Shown: one piece after another, positions 1 through 14,421 of the stretch
Layout: each line of letters begins with the position of its first letter
Position numbering within the stretch: the first letter of the stretch is position 1
NCBI RefSeq assembly: GCF_009914755.1
Contig: NC_060931.1
Source of the DNA: the human T2T-CHM13v2.0 reference genome, Homo sapiens
Strand: one strand, 5' to 3'
DNA length: 64,000 nt
Position numbers and translations under genes: made by a program
The notes under the pieces: generated by a model
Told to the model about the DNA's origin: nothing
Seen by the model: the letters and a program-made list of their open reading frames with translations, nothing else
Database searches by the model: none

Positions 1-461
1 TCTTATTATTGAGTTCTTTACATATTAAGGATATCAGTATTTTATTATACAGTGTTTTACAAATATTTCTTTCAGACTGTGTCTTCTCTTTCATTTTTCT
101 TAACAGTGTCCTTTGAAGAGTGGATGTTTCTAATTTTGATTAATTCCAATTTGTCAACTTTTTTTTCCTGATTTGTGCTTTTTGGATGCTAAGAAATTTG
201 TGCCTAACCCAAGCTCAGAAAGATTTTCACATGTGTTTTCTTCTAGAAGTTTTATAGTTTTAGGTTTTACACTTAGATTTCAGATCCATTTTGAGTTAAG
301 TTTAAGGGAGGAAGTAGATAATTCTGCCTAAAGGCCCTCACAGTGTGAGGTATGCATTGAGGTTCGTATTTTTACACACATATGTTTAATTGTTGCAGCA
401 GCATTTTTTAAAAGCCTATCCTTTCTACATTAAATTACCTCTGTATGTTTGTCAAAAGTCA

Positions 462-760
<299 letters not shown>

Positions 761-805
761 ATTCAATTAACCATGTATATGTTGTTTTATGTCTGGATTC
801 TATTT

Positions 806-1046
806 GAAGTGTTCACCAGCTTTTCCTCTAAAGGGACAGATAAGTAAGATTTTAGGCTTTGCAGGCCATACAGTCTCTGTCACAATTACTCAATTCTACC
901 GTTATAGTACAACAGCAGCCATAGACAACATGTAAATAAGTGAGCATGGCTGTATTTTAATGAAGTATTATTTTATTTCAATAAAATATTATTTACAGAA
1001 ACAGCCAGTGAGATTAGTCCTGGAGGCCATAATTTGACAACTCCTG
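806..1046 (+). mobile_element. MER58A-like hAT-Charlie MITE
   Basis: Matches recalled MER58A consensus (ttttaggctttgcaggccatacagtctctgtcacaattactcaa...gcagccatagacaa). Confidence 0.8.
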
Positions 1047-1265
1047 CTCTCGTGTGCTCCATTCATCTGTTTCTATCCTTTGATCAATACCATAATGGCT
1101 TGATTACTGTGGCTTGTAAGATTTGAAATTAGTTAGCAGTGTTGAGTCTTCCAACTTTTTTCTTTTGCAAAAATTTTTGACTATCTTTTGCTTTCCCATA
1201 TAAATGTAGGGTATGTTTGCCGGTTTGCTTTCCCATATAAACGTAGGGTATATTTGCTGGTTTCT

Positions 1266-1565
1266 CTTTTTTTTTTTTTTTTTTTTAGACGGATTCTCTC
1301 TCTGTCACCAGGCTGAAGTGTGCAGTTGCGTGATCTTGGCTCACTGCCATCTCCGCCTCCCAAGTTCAAGCGATTCTCCTGCCTCAGCCTCCTGAGTAGC
1401 TGGGACTACAGCTACGTGCCACCACACCTGGCTAATTTTTGTATTTTTAGTAGAGACGGGGTTTCACCTTGTTGGCCAGTATTCTCTCGATCTCTTGACC
1501 TCACGATCTGCCGGCCTTGGCCTCCCAAAGTGCTGGGATTACAGGTGTGAGCCACTGTGCTCGGT
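1266..1565 (-). mobile_element. Alu
   Basis: Poly-T followed by antisense Alu; TSD tttgctgg(t/c)ttct. Confidence 0.95.
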
Positions 1566-2137
1566 TGTTTGCTGGCTTCTATAAAAGAAAAAATCTGCTA
1601 AAATTTTTATTAGGATTGCACTGAATCTATAATCAACTTGGGAATAACTGGCACCCTAACAATATTGAGTCTTCCAATCCATGAACACAGATACTTCTTT
1701 CTTTAAAGATTGTGATTCTATCATCAATATTTTAATTTTCAGCATATAAAGTTTGCACATATTTTGTTAGACTTATACCTAAGTAATTAATAATTTGAGT
1801 GCTACTGCAAAGTGATTTTTAAATTTTAATTTCCTTTTTTTATTATGAATATATATAAATACAACTGATATATGAATATTGAGCTTGTATCCCACAACCT
1901 GGCTAAACTCCCTTATAAATTCCAGTAGCCATTTTGTATATTCTTTTGGGATTTCCTATGTTACAGATTCTCATCTATAAATAGCAACAGTTTTATTTCT
2001 TCATTTAAAATCTCTGTCTTTTCTTTTTCTTTCCTTATTGCCCTGTCTATGACCTCTGGTAAGGTGATAGCAGTGGTAAGAGTAGACAATTTTCACTTAT
2101 TCTTGAGCTTAGGGGAAAGCACTTAGTCTTTCACCAT

Positions 2138-2674
2138 TCTCTTGGCCATGTGAGAATTCAATGAGAAGACAGCCATCTGCAAAGAAGGAAGAGTGCCTTT
2201 GCCAGACACCAGATCTGCTGGGACCTTGATCTTGGACTTCTCGGACTCCAGACTGTGAAAACTAAATGTCTATTGTTTAAGCTACTCAATCTGTATTCTG
2301 TCACAGCAGACTGTATTAGTCCATTTTCACACTGCTAATAAAGACATACCTGAGACTGGAAAGAAAAAGAGGTTTAATGGACTTACAGTTCTGTGTGGCT
2401 GGGGAGGCCTCACAATCATGGTGGACGGCAAGGAGCAAGTCACGTCTTACATGGATGGTACCAGGCAAAAAGACAGCTTGTGCAGGGAAACTCCCCCTTA
2501 TAATACCATCAGATCTCATGAGACCTACTTGCTATCACAAGAACAGCATGAGAAAGACCTGTCCCCATGATTCAATTACCTCCCACTGGGTCCCTCCCAC
2601 AACACATGGGAATTGAAGATGAGATTGATTTGGGTGGGGACACACCAAACGATATCACAGACCAAACTAAGACA
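2138..2674 (+). mobile_element. MLT1A-like MaLR LTR (3' part), split by THE1
   Basis: ccttgatcttggacttc...ccagactgtga...ttgtttaagc and terminal aactaagaca. Confidence 0.7.
2312..2657 (-). mobile_element. THE1 (THE1C-like) solo LTR
   Basis: tgtattagtccattttcacactgct...atatca, with 5-bp TSD CAGAC at 2307-2311 and 2658-2662. Confidence 0.9.
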
Positions 2675-3441
2675 ACCATTAAGAATGATGTCAGCCATAG
2701 GATTTTCATAAATGTCCTTTGTTAAGTTGAGGATATTTTCTTACAGTTTTTATCATGAAAGAATATTGAATTTTGTTGTGCTTTTTCTGCATCTATTGGG
2801 ATGATCCTATAATTTTTCTTCTTTTATCTATTGACATAATGAATTACGTTAATTTAGATTTAAATATTGAGCCACCTTGCCTTCCTAGAATTAATCCCAC
2901 TTAGTTATGATGCATTATCCTTTTTATTTATTGCTGCATCTAATTTGCTAATATTTTCTTGAGAATTTTGGGGTCTATGTTTATTTGGGATATTAGTCTG
3001 TAGTTTTTTTACGTGTAATTATTTTGTCTGGTTTCAATATTAAGGTAATGCTGGCTCATAAAATGAGCTTCCCATGCCAACCTTCCCAGTACAAATTAGA
3101 CAGCTTTTAAATATCCACCCACTTAATTGGTGAACATTTAGAAACAAAAGACCTCTTCAGAGTGATTTTGTATATGAAAAGGAGTTTGCATTGACAAACC
3201 CTCCTTGGGATATGGATGCTAAAAAGTAAGCTAGACATTCTCATTGGGTGATTGGATCCAGAATATTAGCTCCTCAGCATAAAGAAAAACTCCTACACCT
3301 CAGCATGATGTATATTAGTTTATCTCATTGGTCCTTAATGGTTTGAGACTAGCCAAAAAAAAAACAAAAAAAAAAACATTAAATGTAATTGAGTCTGAGT
3401 CTATACAACTGCTACTCAAATTTTTATTTCAAAAAAAATTC

Positions 3442-3753
3442 AGCCGGTCATAGTGGTTCACACCTGTAATCCCAGCACTTTAGGAGGCCAAATCGGGAGA
3501 ACTGCTTGAGCTCAGGAGTTTGAGATCAGCCTGAGCAACATAGTAAAACTTCATCTCTACAGAAATTTTAAAATTTAGCTGGACATGTGCCTGTGCATGT
3601 GCCTATAGTCCCAGCTACTGAGGAGGCTGAGGTAGGAGGATCGCATGAGCCCAGAAGATTGAGGCTGCAACACTATGATTGCACTACTGCACTCCAGCTT
3701 CGGCAACAGAGCAAGGCCCTATCTCGTTTAAAAAGAAAAGAAAAGAAAAAAAA
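3442..3753 (+). mobile_element. Alu (AluJ-like)
   Basis: Diverged dimeric Alu with A-rich tail. Confidence 0.9.
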
Positions 3754-4337
3754 ATCTTGGGTATGAGCATAATTTATTTGATTAATGAATAAGCACTTTA
3801 AAAATTAAAGCAAGACTTTTGATTTTTAGTTCAGCTTTTCCTTGTACAGAATTCTTCTTGTTTCAGAATAGAAGAATCTCTGAAATAACATATATGTCAT
3901 AGAGGCTAAAATTTAAATCTTTCACTCTTACTAGAAGTATTCAATTTGTCTTTGGGTTTTACAAGAGAAATGCCAGATGCTAACAAATATAAGTAATGGT
4001 TGTTGTTGGGCTTTTTGTTTAATGTGAATCCTCCAATTACCTTTAAAATCATGATGAAAGCTTAGAAGTTTCAAATTGCCAGCTTAAAACATTATATGTT
4101 AAATTATAATATTGTTGGCTATGCATATTCTTTTGCAGAAATATTTTTAGTTAGGCTTCAAAATATCCTCTAAATTTTTAAATAACTACAATTTTATACT
4201 CATGTCAGCTCTGTGTCTGTGTCGGTAAGAAAAAAATCTACATTACTTTTTTAAAATGTACATCATGCACCAAAAAGAGAGAGATTTCTGAATTCCATGC
4301 CTTCAGGTTAACTGATCAGGTTAGCTGTCCTACACTA

Positions 4338-4356
4338 CAGTGACATCTACTGGCAC
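4338..4356 (-). promoter_or_regulatory. Candidate CTCF site
   Basis: Minus strand GTGCCAGTAGATGTCACTG, one mismatch to CCASYAGRKGGCRS; motif match only. Confidence 0.45.
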
Positions 4357-4879
4357 AATCAGGACTGAGCACCCAGAAGTAATCAGAATGACAGGGCAGC
4401 CTTTCTTCTTCCTCTTTGATTATTGGCTGATAACAGGAGTTACATGAGTATGAATTTCCTAAGAACAGATATCATATTTTCTTGAGCTCTGTATCTCCAG
4501 TGTCTAATATTGTGATTGTTACATTAACGATTCCCCAGAAATCTGTTGGATAATTATAAGTGCAATTGCCTATGGCCTAACTTTTCAAACAGCACAGAAT
4601 CTAAATTGAAACAATACTGTTAAAAGTGATTTAAATTAAAACAATAATAATAAAATGGTCTAAAACAAAGGTACTTTGTCTTTGTGATAAATCTCTTTTA
4701 AATTCTAATGATAAAAATAAGCTCCACTCATTATCCAGAAAATCACACACAATTTTATACACAACTTCATGAAGGTCCTGAATTCCATCTCTCAACTCAA
4801 GGTTAAGAACCTTGGATACAGGAGGTAGAAATATGTTTTAATACACTTTGAAATGCATAAAATCAATAAAACAATAATA

Positions 4880-5947
<1,068 letters not shown>

Positions 5948-6047
5948 TTAAAAGAGAAATAAGCTTCTATTCTTTTGAAATATATTTTAGGATCTATTTG
6001 TTACTTTTTAAAAAATGTATGTCAGTCCATAAAGGATGAATTGACCA

Positions 6048-6804
6048 TGAAGACTAAGCTTTGATTTTTTATCTTGCCCAAATTCCTACCTAAGGGGCCT
6101 GGGGAGTTATGCCCTGCAAACCGTAAATTCTCATCAGACGGGTGTTATTTAACCCTGCATATCGTGGCTTACTTTCCAGTCTGACTCTGGCATAACACTA
6201 TGAGACAAGGAATAAGATCAAAATATTTAACCCCAAAATATATTTCCTTGCCATATCTTGAAATTGCCCTGCAAAGTCTCTTGTGGGAACAATCCACATT
6301 CTATAGAGAAGCCCCTTTCCCCTTTGTTTTCCTTCTTCCCTTCCCAGATCCAGGAGAAAATCAACTAAGAGCCAGGGACCCTTTTAAGTCTGATAAGAAA
6401 CATTTTACAACCTGCTCTCTCTGAAGTCTGCTATCTGAGAGCTTCCTCTGCACAATAAAACTTGGTCTCCACAATCCTTTAACCTGAACATTTTCTTTCT
6501 ATTGATCCGATGTCTTCAGATAAACTCAACCAATTGTCAACCAGAAAAAGTTTAAATTTACCTATAGCCTGGAAGCTCCCACTTTGAGTGGTCCCACCTT
6601 TCTGAATGAAACCAATGTATTTCTTAAATGTATTTGATTGATGTCTCAATCTCCCTAAAATATATAAAACCAAGCTGTACCCCGACCACCTTGGGCACGT
6701 GTACTCAGGACCTCCTGAGGGCTGTGTCATAGGCCATGCTCCCTCATATTTGGCTCAGAATAAGTCTCTTAAAATATTTTACAGTTTGACTCTTTTCATC
6801 AACA
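6048..6804 (+). mobile_element. MER4E-type ERV1 solo LTR
   Basis: TG...CA ends, 4-bp TSD ACCA (6044-6047, 6805-6808), matches recalled MER4E start (gactaagc...ttatcttgcccaaattcct). Confidence 0.85.
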
Positions 6805-7684
6805 ACCAAGTTTACATTTAAACACTTTTCTCTGTTACAATTTTAAATGACACATAATCTATGACAGGAATTTATTTTATAAGTGCTCACATAATTAAGT
6901 CTCTCTAACAGAAGGCTATTTTTCTATTATGAGCCTAAAGGAGAAAATGACTTTTTACTTAATCCTCGGGTTGATGAAATTAAACACTTCATTTGGTGTG
7001 CTTTTCATTTTGATGTCCCTTAGGACTGAGAATTGCCTTTCCCAGAAAGTACTGTAAATCGACTGTGAATTGCTAGAGTGATAGAGGGAAGAAGGACGAT
7101 TCTATTATAGCTTCTGCCAAGAGCTGACAGGCACATCCCACGAGCCGCTGCCAAGAAATGTTTAATAGTGTGGTAGGGAATTCTAGTCCCCAGATCCTGG
7201 TGAAAAACTGAAAATTGCTTTTGGTTTGTCAGTTAAGTTGTAAAATGTCTTAGGCTCTAAAATTGATTACCATTTCATCCCAAAGCAGAATGGCAGCCTA
7301 GCAAATTGTGATCCTTATAAGTACTCATCAGAACCCCTAGTGCCTACCAATGCTAAAGTATTTTTCGGCCATCTCTATAAAGCTCAAAGGGAAGTGGACA
7401 TTTGGGCAATGGCTTGAGCAATTTCAGGACAGCAGTTTGTCTTTTGGTCTGAGTTGTTTGGAGTTTAAGTCTGTGATAATAAAAATTTCACAAAACAACT
7501 TCCTGTTTTCACTACTGAGCACTACTGAGCAGGTCTAACCTTAGCCATCAGAAAAAATAATAATAATTATAGGACAAGATTATAGCCATAACTGTTCCTA
7601 TTATTCAGGTTAAAATATATGGTTTTTGTCTGATGCAATTCAATGAGCTTGGTTTGTGTCTAAGGAAAAGACTCTGCCCTATGT

Positions 7685-7857
7685 GAAGAAAAAAGAAAGA
7701 AAGAAAAAGAAAGAAAGAAAGAAAGAGAGAAAGAAAGAGAGAAAGAAAAAAGAAAGAAAGAGAAAGAAAGAAAGAAAAAAAGAAAGAGAAAGAAAGAAAG
7801 AAAGAAAGAAAAGAAAAGAAAAGAAAAGAAAAGAAAAGAAAAGAAAGAAAGAAAAAA
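7685..7857 (+). repeat. (GAAA)n/(GAAAA)n polypurine microsatellite
   Basis: ~170 bp composed only of A and G. Confidence 0.95.
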
Positions 7858-8050
7858 TCAAAGGAAGTGAATCTTTGCCCCCTCATTAGAGTCCTACCTT
7901 GTACTTATCTTGCTCAGGGTATAACTTGGTGCATATACTAAAGCCAAATCCACCAGGGCTTCCAGGACCTTTCTGACCAAGAGAGCAGACAATGTGAGCT
8001 TATAAGGGGCCTTGGGTGAGTCTCCAACCCCTAAAATCTCTACCAGCTTA

Positions 8051-8420
<370 letters not shown>

Positions 8421-9049
8421 TCAGTCATTATAAATTGCAGTTATGGAGGTTACTAACACCTTTGGATGAATTCATTTGTCAGGTTTCTCTTTTATGGCAT
8501 CTGGCTAAGAACAGGGCCCTAAATAAATTATATAATCTGATATACCTATTGAAGATAGGGAGGAGAAGTAATTTTGGAAGAAGAAAAAGCAGGGCACTCA
8601 GGAAATTGCCCAAATTCATTACAGCAACAGTGCATTTGCTTCAAATTATCATAAGCACCAGTAGAAACAGGAAATAGTCACATACTTTTGCCTCCTATTC
8701 AGATGGCTATATTCCTTTGCTGAGAAATTCAGAGGATAAAATACCTAGTAGATAACTGCCATCACCTTTCCCAATGTTTCCCACTTCTTTTTAGTACTAA
8801 ATGTTTTACTTTTGACAATTCTTTGGCCAGATATTATTTGAGATCCTAAACTGAGGTCTAGTTATCTTTGAAGATGGGGAGTCTGAGTTGCTATATCAAC
8901 ACAGCATCAACTTGATTTTAATAAGTCACTTGGTACCAAAGTGACACCTACCAAAATAGGAGGAAATGATAATGGGGGAAGGGACAGTGTTGCAGACATA
9001 ATATTAAAACAGGCCATATTTTAAAACCCCATTCATTAACACAAACTAT

Positions 9050-9370
9050 GTATTAGACACAGAGAGCCTGACATTTTTGTCCAGGTCACACGGCAAGTAG
9101 CAGAGTCAGCATTCAAAACCCGACCCCATCTGACTTGAAGCTCACATTATTTTCACATCCTCTCAATGACACATTAAGTGTCAGCAATTGTTTTAGGTGC
9201 TTTATCCATTAACTCCATCTTTACAGTAGCTCTGTGATGGAGGTACTATTATTATTCCCAGTTTACACATGAGGATACTAAGGCAGGGACAGCTGAAATA
9301 ATTTGGCCAAGGTTATGCAGCTAGTAAGTGGTCAAGCTGGGACTTAATCTCAGGCAGCCTTGCCAATACA
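9050..9370 (-). mobile_element. MIR fragments
   Basis: tactattattattcccagtttacacatgaggatactaaggca...ccaaggttatgcagctagtaagtgg (MIR core). Confidence 0.7.
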
Positions 9371-9641
9371 GTTATGCTTCTCTAAAACTATAACTTAAGA
9401 TTTGTCTTCTGATAAATGAATTTTGAACTCTGCCCACATGGTTATCAATTTCAGCTATTAGCAAACATCTCTCTTCCCATTCCCCTTTCCCTTGTGGCTC
9501 TTCATCCGTAGCAGGTGAGATCATAAGCCTAGTGAGAACAGGACACCACAGTCATTCAGTTGGCTCACCTGGAGTCAGCAGGATTCAAAGTACAGCTCCC
9601 AGCTGTGTAAAACTGGGCAACTTCTATTAGCTCTCTAGCTA

Positions 9642-9771
9642 TTTTTTTATATAGAGAGGCGGGGTCCTACTGTGTTGTCCAGGCTGGTCTCAAACTCCTG
9701 GCCTCAAGCAATCCTTCAGCCTCAGTCTCCTAAAGTGCTGGGATTACCAGCACGAGCCACTGCTCTTGCCA
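9642..9771 (-). mobile_element. FLAM/Alu left monomer
   Basis: Single antisense monomer flanked by agctctct. Confidence 0.8.
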
Positions 9772-9859
9772 GCTCTCTCTTAATTCTCCCATCTGTAGAA
9801 TGGAGAGAGTCAATCCTATCTCATTCATGATGCATACAGGTTTAAAAACATGTAAGTAT

Positions 9860-10399
9860 ATTCAACCCAGCAGTCCCATTACTGGGTATATCCCAGAGGA
9901 ATATAAATCGTTCTACCGTAAAGGCACATGCGTGTGAATTGCAGCACTACTCACAACAGCAAAGAATCAACCGAAATGCCCATCAACGACAGATTAGATA
10001 GAGACAATGTGGTACATATATACCATGGAATACTACACAGCCATAAAAAAAGAATGAGATCATGTCTTTTGCAGGACCATGGACAGAACTGGAGGCTATT
10101 ATCTTAGCAAACTAACACAGGAACAGAAAACCAAATACCACCTGTTCTCATTTATAAGTAGGAGCTAAATGATAATATCTTATGAACACAAAGAAGGGAA
10201 CAACAGACACTGGGGTCTGCTTGGGGGGGGGGTGGGAGGAGGGGGAGGAGCAGAAGAGATAACTGTTGGCTGTTGGGTACTAAGCTTAATACCTGGGTGA
10301 CAAAATAATAAGTATAACAAACCCCCATGACACACATTTATCTATGGAACAAACTTTCACACATATCCACAAACCTAAAATAAAAGTTAAAAAAAAAAA
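9860..10399 (+). mobile_element. Older L1PA/L1PB 3' end
   Basis: cccagcagtcccattactgggtata...gaatgagatcatgtc...aacctaaaataaaagtt plus A tail. Confidence 0.85.
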
Positions 10400-10419
10400 G
10401 CATTATGAAAACTGGAAAA

Positions 10420-10423
<4 letters not shown>

Positions 10424-10453
<30 letters not shown>
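10424..10453. repeat. (TG)n microsatellite
   Basis: Direct reading. Confidence 0.95.
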
Positions 10454-10456
<3 letters not shown>

Positions 10457-10508
10457 AATATTCTCAGCCCAGTGGCTGGCACCATTCAACAAGTGGTAGA
10501 TATCACTA

Positions 10509-10547
<39 letters not shown>

Positions 10548-10783
10548 CTGTGTTATTATTACACCAAGAACATAAAACATGGTGATAAGAGTGCTTACCA
10601 TTTTTGGTTATGTATTTGTGCGCTATTTTCAAAGGGAGGTATTCACGTTTCTAGTCCTATGAAAGATAACATATTATTCTTTCTTCAAACATACTTGAAG
10701 CAAAGTAGAAATAATATGGAACAATAATATGCTTTATATTAAAACACCGTGTACCAAAGAATGGTAGTTATTTCTCACAATTA

Positions 10784-11158
<375 letters not shown>

Positions 11159-11504
11159 TTATTAAGGAGGATCTTCAACACATAGGCGCAGTGACTCAGC
11201 ACTGCAGCCCAGCCCACGCAGTTCCACTGTTAGGAGCCGTTGGCACAGACTTCTGTAGCAGACATTGTGAGTGCAAATGCCATTCCTTCCTCCTCCATTG
11301 CTATTAGACTGTCAAATTTGTTCAAGTACCAGGCAGCAATATGCTGAGAAAGGTAGATTCTGCCTCTGGGAATGAATCATAATTGGTCTAAGCCAATCAC
11401 AGTATTCTCATTTCCCTTTACTAGTCATTGATTTAAGGATGAGAATGTGACCCAATGAAGGTGAATTAATTATAAGGCAAAATCTGCTGAAGGCAGTGAA
11501 ATAG

Positions 11505-11815
<311 letters not shown>

Positions 11816-13086
11816 AGATCTTTTTTTCCCTGATTAAATAGAGAGTCATATGAAAAGAAAATCCTTTACTTTTGCTGGTGTTGTCAGATTGAAGGTGTAA
11901 TGTTTACAATGGTGGCAGCTATCTTGTTGCCATGAGGAGAAGTCAAGAGAATTTCAGCATAGTTAGCCAGCAGCTCAAGCATCATTAACTCTTCCGGAAC
12001 CTCCCACATCTATACTTCTTTTTAATGTAAGATAATAGACCCCTACTGTTTAAGCCAAATTTAGTCACGTATTCTCTTACTTGCAACCAAAATCTTCCTA
12101 ATTAATTTAAAGCACCATCCATTAGGTTTTATAATAAAAATCATTGATGACTGGAGTTAGGAGAGTTTTTAAAGCTCTCTATGAAAAGAGTATGGAGAAA
12201 TAAGACATATGTAATTTAACTGGGCTCATATTAACATTATGTTGTCATATATCCAAAACTCACTCATGCATTAGGATGAAAAAAGGAAAAGGAGGTGCCA
12301 TTCTGTGGTAATAAAGGAATATTTTCTTTTGTCAGATCTCAAATAATTTAGTTCGGTGAAATATCAAAATTCTAAACTCTGATGCAGTTGAAAACATTTC
12401 CCCTCCTTTCTGCTTAGGTGGATTTAGAGGGGTGCTGCATCAGTTTCTTCTCTCTGTCTCCAGCAATCCTTTCCCACATCTGCTGGCTACAGTCAGAACC
12501 CCTTACAGGTTTGGGGCAAGAGAGAAGCAGCATAAGGACAGAGCAATTCCACTTGACCACTACAGTTGCCTTGGTGTGCTAGTTCCCAAATATGTATTCC
12601 TTCTCTTTGGGATACCACTTTTGGGATCATGGGTGAAGCCCTACCTCTTGCCTGTCCATCTTCCTGTCTCTGCCCCCTCAGGCTGCCCTGCCTCCACTCT
12701 GTGTCTGAAGGTGCACCTGCAGATTCTTCTTGCTGCAGTTGCCTCATCTTTATCAGGAGGCCCTCCTGGGCATGGCCCATTTCAAGACAATGATACAACC
12801 CATGCCCAGGTTTAGTCAGATTGACCCTGGCCTAGGAGAAACATGCCTGTGTTCTTGACCTGCTGAAGTGCTTTCTACTCAGTCAGACCTGGACACAACC
12901 TCTCAATTTCAGACTTCCTGGGTGTGTGTCAAGTGTCAGTCTTTCTGTCCCTCCAACTCAAGTTCTCCAAATGGCTCCATTGCAGCCTATTTCACTGGCT
13001 TTAGATAAATTTTAAGTAAGTGAAGTCTCTCCCCTCTGAATTCTGCTTCCTTGGAGGGAAGGAGAAGAAATGCACAGCAACCTGCC

Positions 13087-13481
13087 TAATATGGTTTGGG
13101 TTTGTGTCCCCACCCAAATCTCACATCCATTTGTAATTTCCAGTGTTGGAGTAGGGGCCTGGTGGGAGGTGATTGGATCATGGGGGGCAGGTTTTCCCCC
13201 TTGCTGTTCTCATGATAGTGAGTGAGTTCTCATGAGACCTGGTTGTTCAAAAGTGTGTGGCACCTTCCTCTGTGCCTTCTTTTTCCTTTTCTAGTCATGT
13301 AAGACACGCTTGCTTCCCTTTCGTCTTCTGCCATGATTTTGAGTTTCCTGAGCACCCACCCCCGATCCCCACTATGCTTCCTGTACAGCCTGTGGAACTT
13401 TGAGTCAATTAAACCTCTTCTTTAAATAAATTACCCAGTCTCAGGCAGTTCTTTATAGCAATGTGAGAATGGACTAATACA
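13087..13481 (+). mobile_element. MSTA/MSTB MaLR solo LTR
   Basis: atatggtttgg...gtccccacccaaatctca...ggactaataca; imperfect TSD ctgcc/atgcc. Confidence 0.85.
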
Positions 13482-13764
13482 ATGCCCCTCGTTCCAAATC
13501 TCTTGAAACTTGAATGTTTCCCATCCTCTGAGATAACCTGGGAGTGGGTCATGGGCAGATGACAGCAGAATAAATGTGGCCAGCCCAAGGTGGCCAGGCT
13601 TTTCTTTAGGATGTGAGAATAGCTGATACCTATTGTATTATTTTTGCCCTTTGAAGCCTCCGCCAAAACTCTGAGATAGCAGGAAAAGTTCATGTAATAT
13701 CCTATTCCCAAAGTACATTATAGTATTAAGTAATGTTTTAAAATTAATGCCTCCTTTTGGAGAT

Positions 13765-13927
13765 TTTTCTTTCTTTTTTTTAGAGACAGGGTCTCACTCT
13801 GTTGCCCAGGCTGGAGTAGAGTGGCACAATTATGGCTCACTGCAACCTCCAACTCCTAGGCCCATGCGATCCTCCTGCCTCATCCTCCCAAAGTGCTGGG
13901 ATTACAGACATGAGCCACTGTGGCTGG
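13765..13927 (-). mobile_element. Internally deleted Alu or Alu monomer
   Basis: Antisense Alu 3' end joined directly to the Alu 5' end. Confidence 0.75.
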
Positions 13928-14131
13928 CTTTCTCTCACAGATTCTTAAATGGCTCTTTCAAAAACAGTGCCCACCCCCCATCCAGTTGAGGAAGATCACT
14001 GTTTTATATATTAAAAATATTAAATTTTCTTGAGGCTCCTCCTGGGGCCTGAGGAATCTTTGAATCTGTCTAAATTTGGTGCCTAGAATCAAGAACCAGT
14101 AGGGACCTCAGTTCAGATGTAACAAAATATT

Positions 14132-14421
14132 GGCCGGGTGCGGTGGCTCATGCCTGTAATCCCAGCACTTTGGGAGGCTGAGGGTGGCGGATCACGAGGT
14201 CAGGAGATTCAGACAATCCTGGCTAACAAGGTGAAACCCCGTCTCTACTAAAAATACAAAAATTTAGCCAGGCGTGGTGGCATGCGCCTGTAGTCCCAAC
14301 TACTTGGGAGGCTGAGGCAGGAGAATTGCTTGAACCTGGGAGGCAGAGGTTGCAGTGAGCGAGATTGCACCACTGCACTCCAGCCTGGGCGACAGAGTGA
14401 GACTCCGTCAAAAAAAAAAAA
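14132..14421 (+). mobile_element. Alu (AluS-like)
   Basis: TSD agat(g/a)taacaaaatatt. Confidence 0.95.

Noticed and set aside
7605-7889. K/R/E-rich and F/S/L-rich ORFs
   Set aside because: Translations of the (GAAA)n microsatellite.
12432-12815. Overlapping 127-aa and 101-aa ORFs
   Set aside because: No recognisable domain or exon structure; probably an old LTR-like or neutral region.
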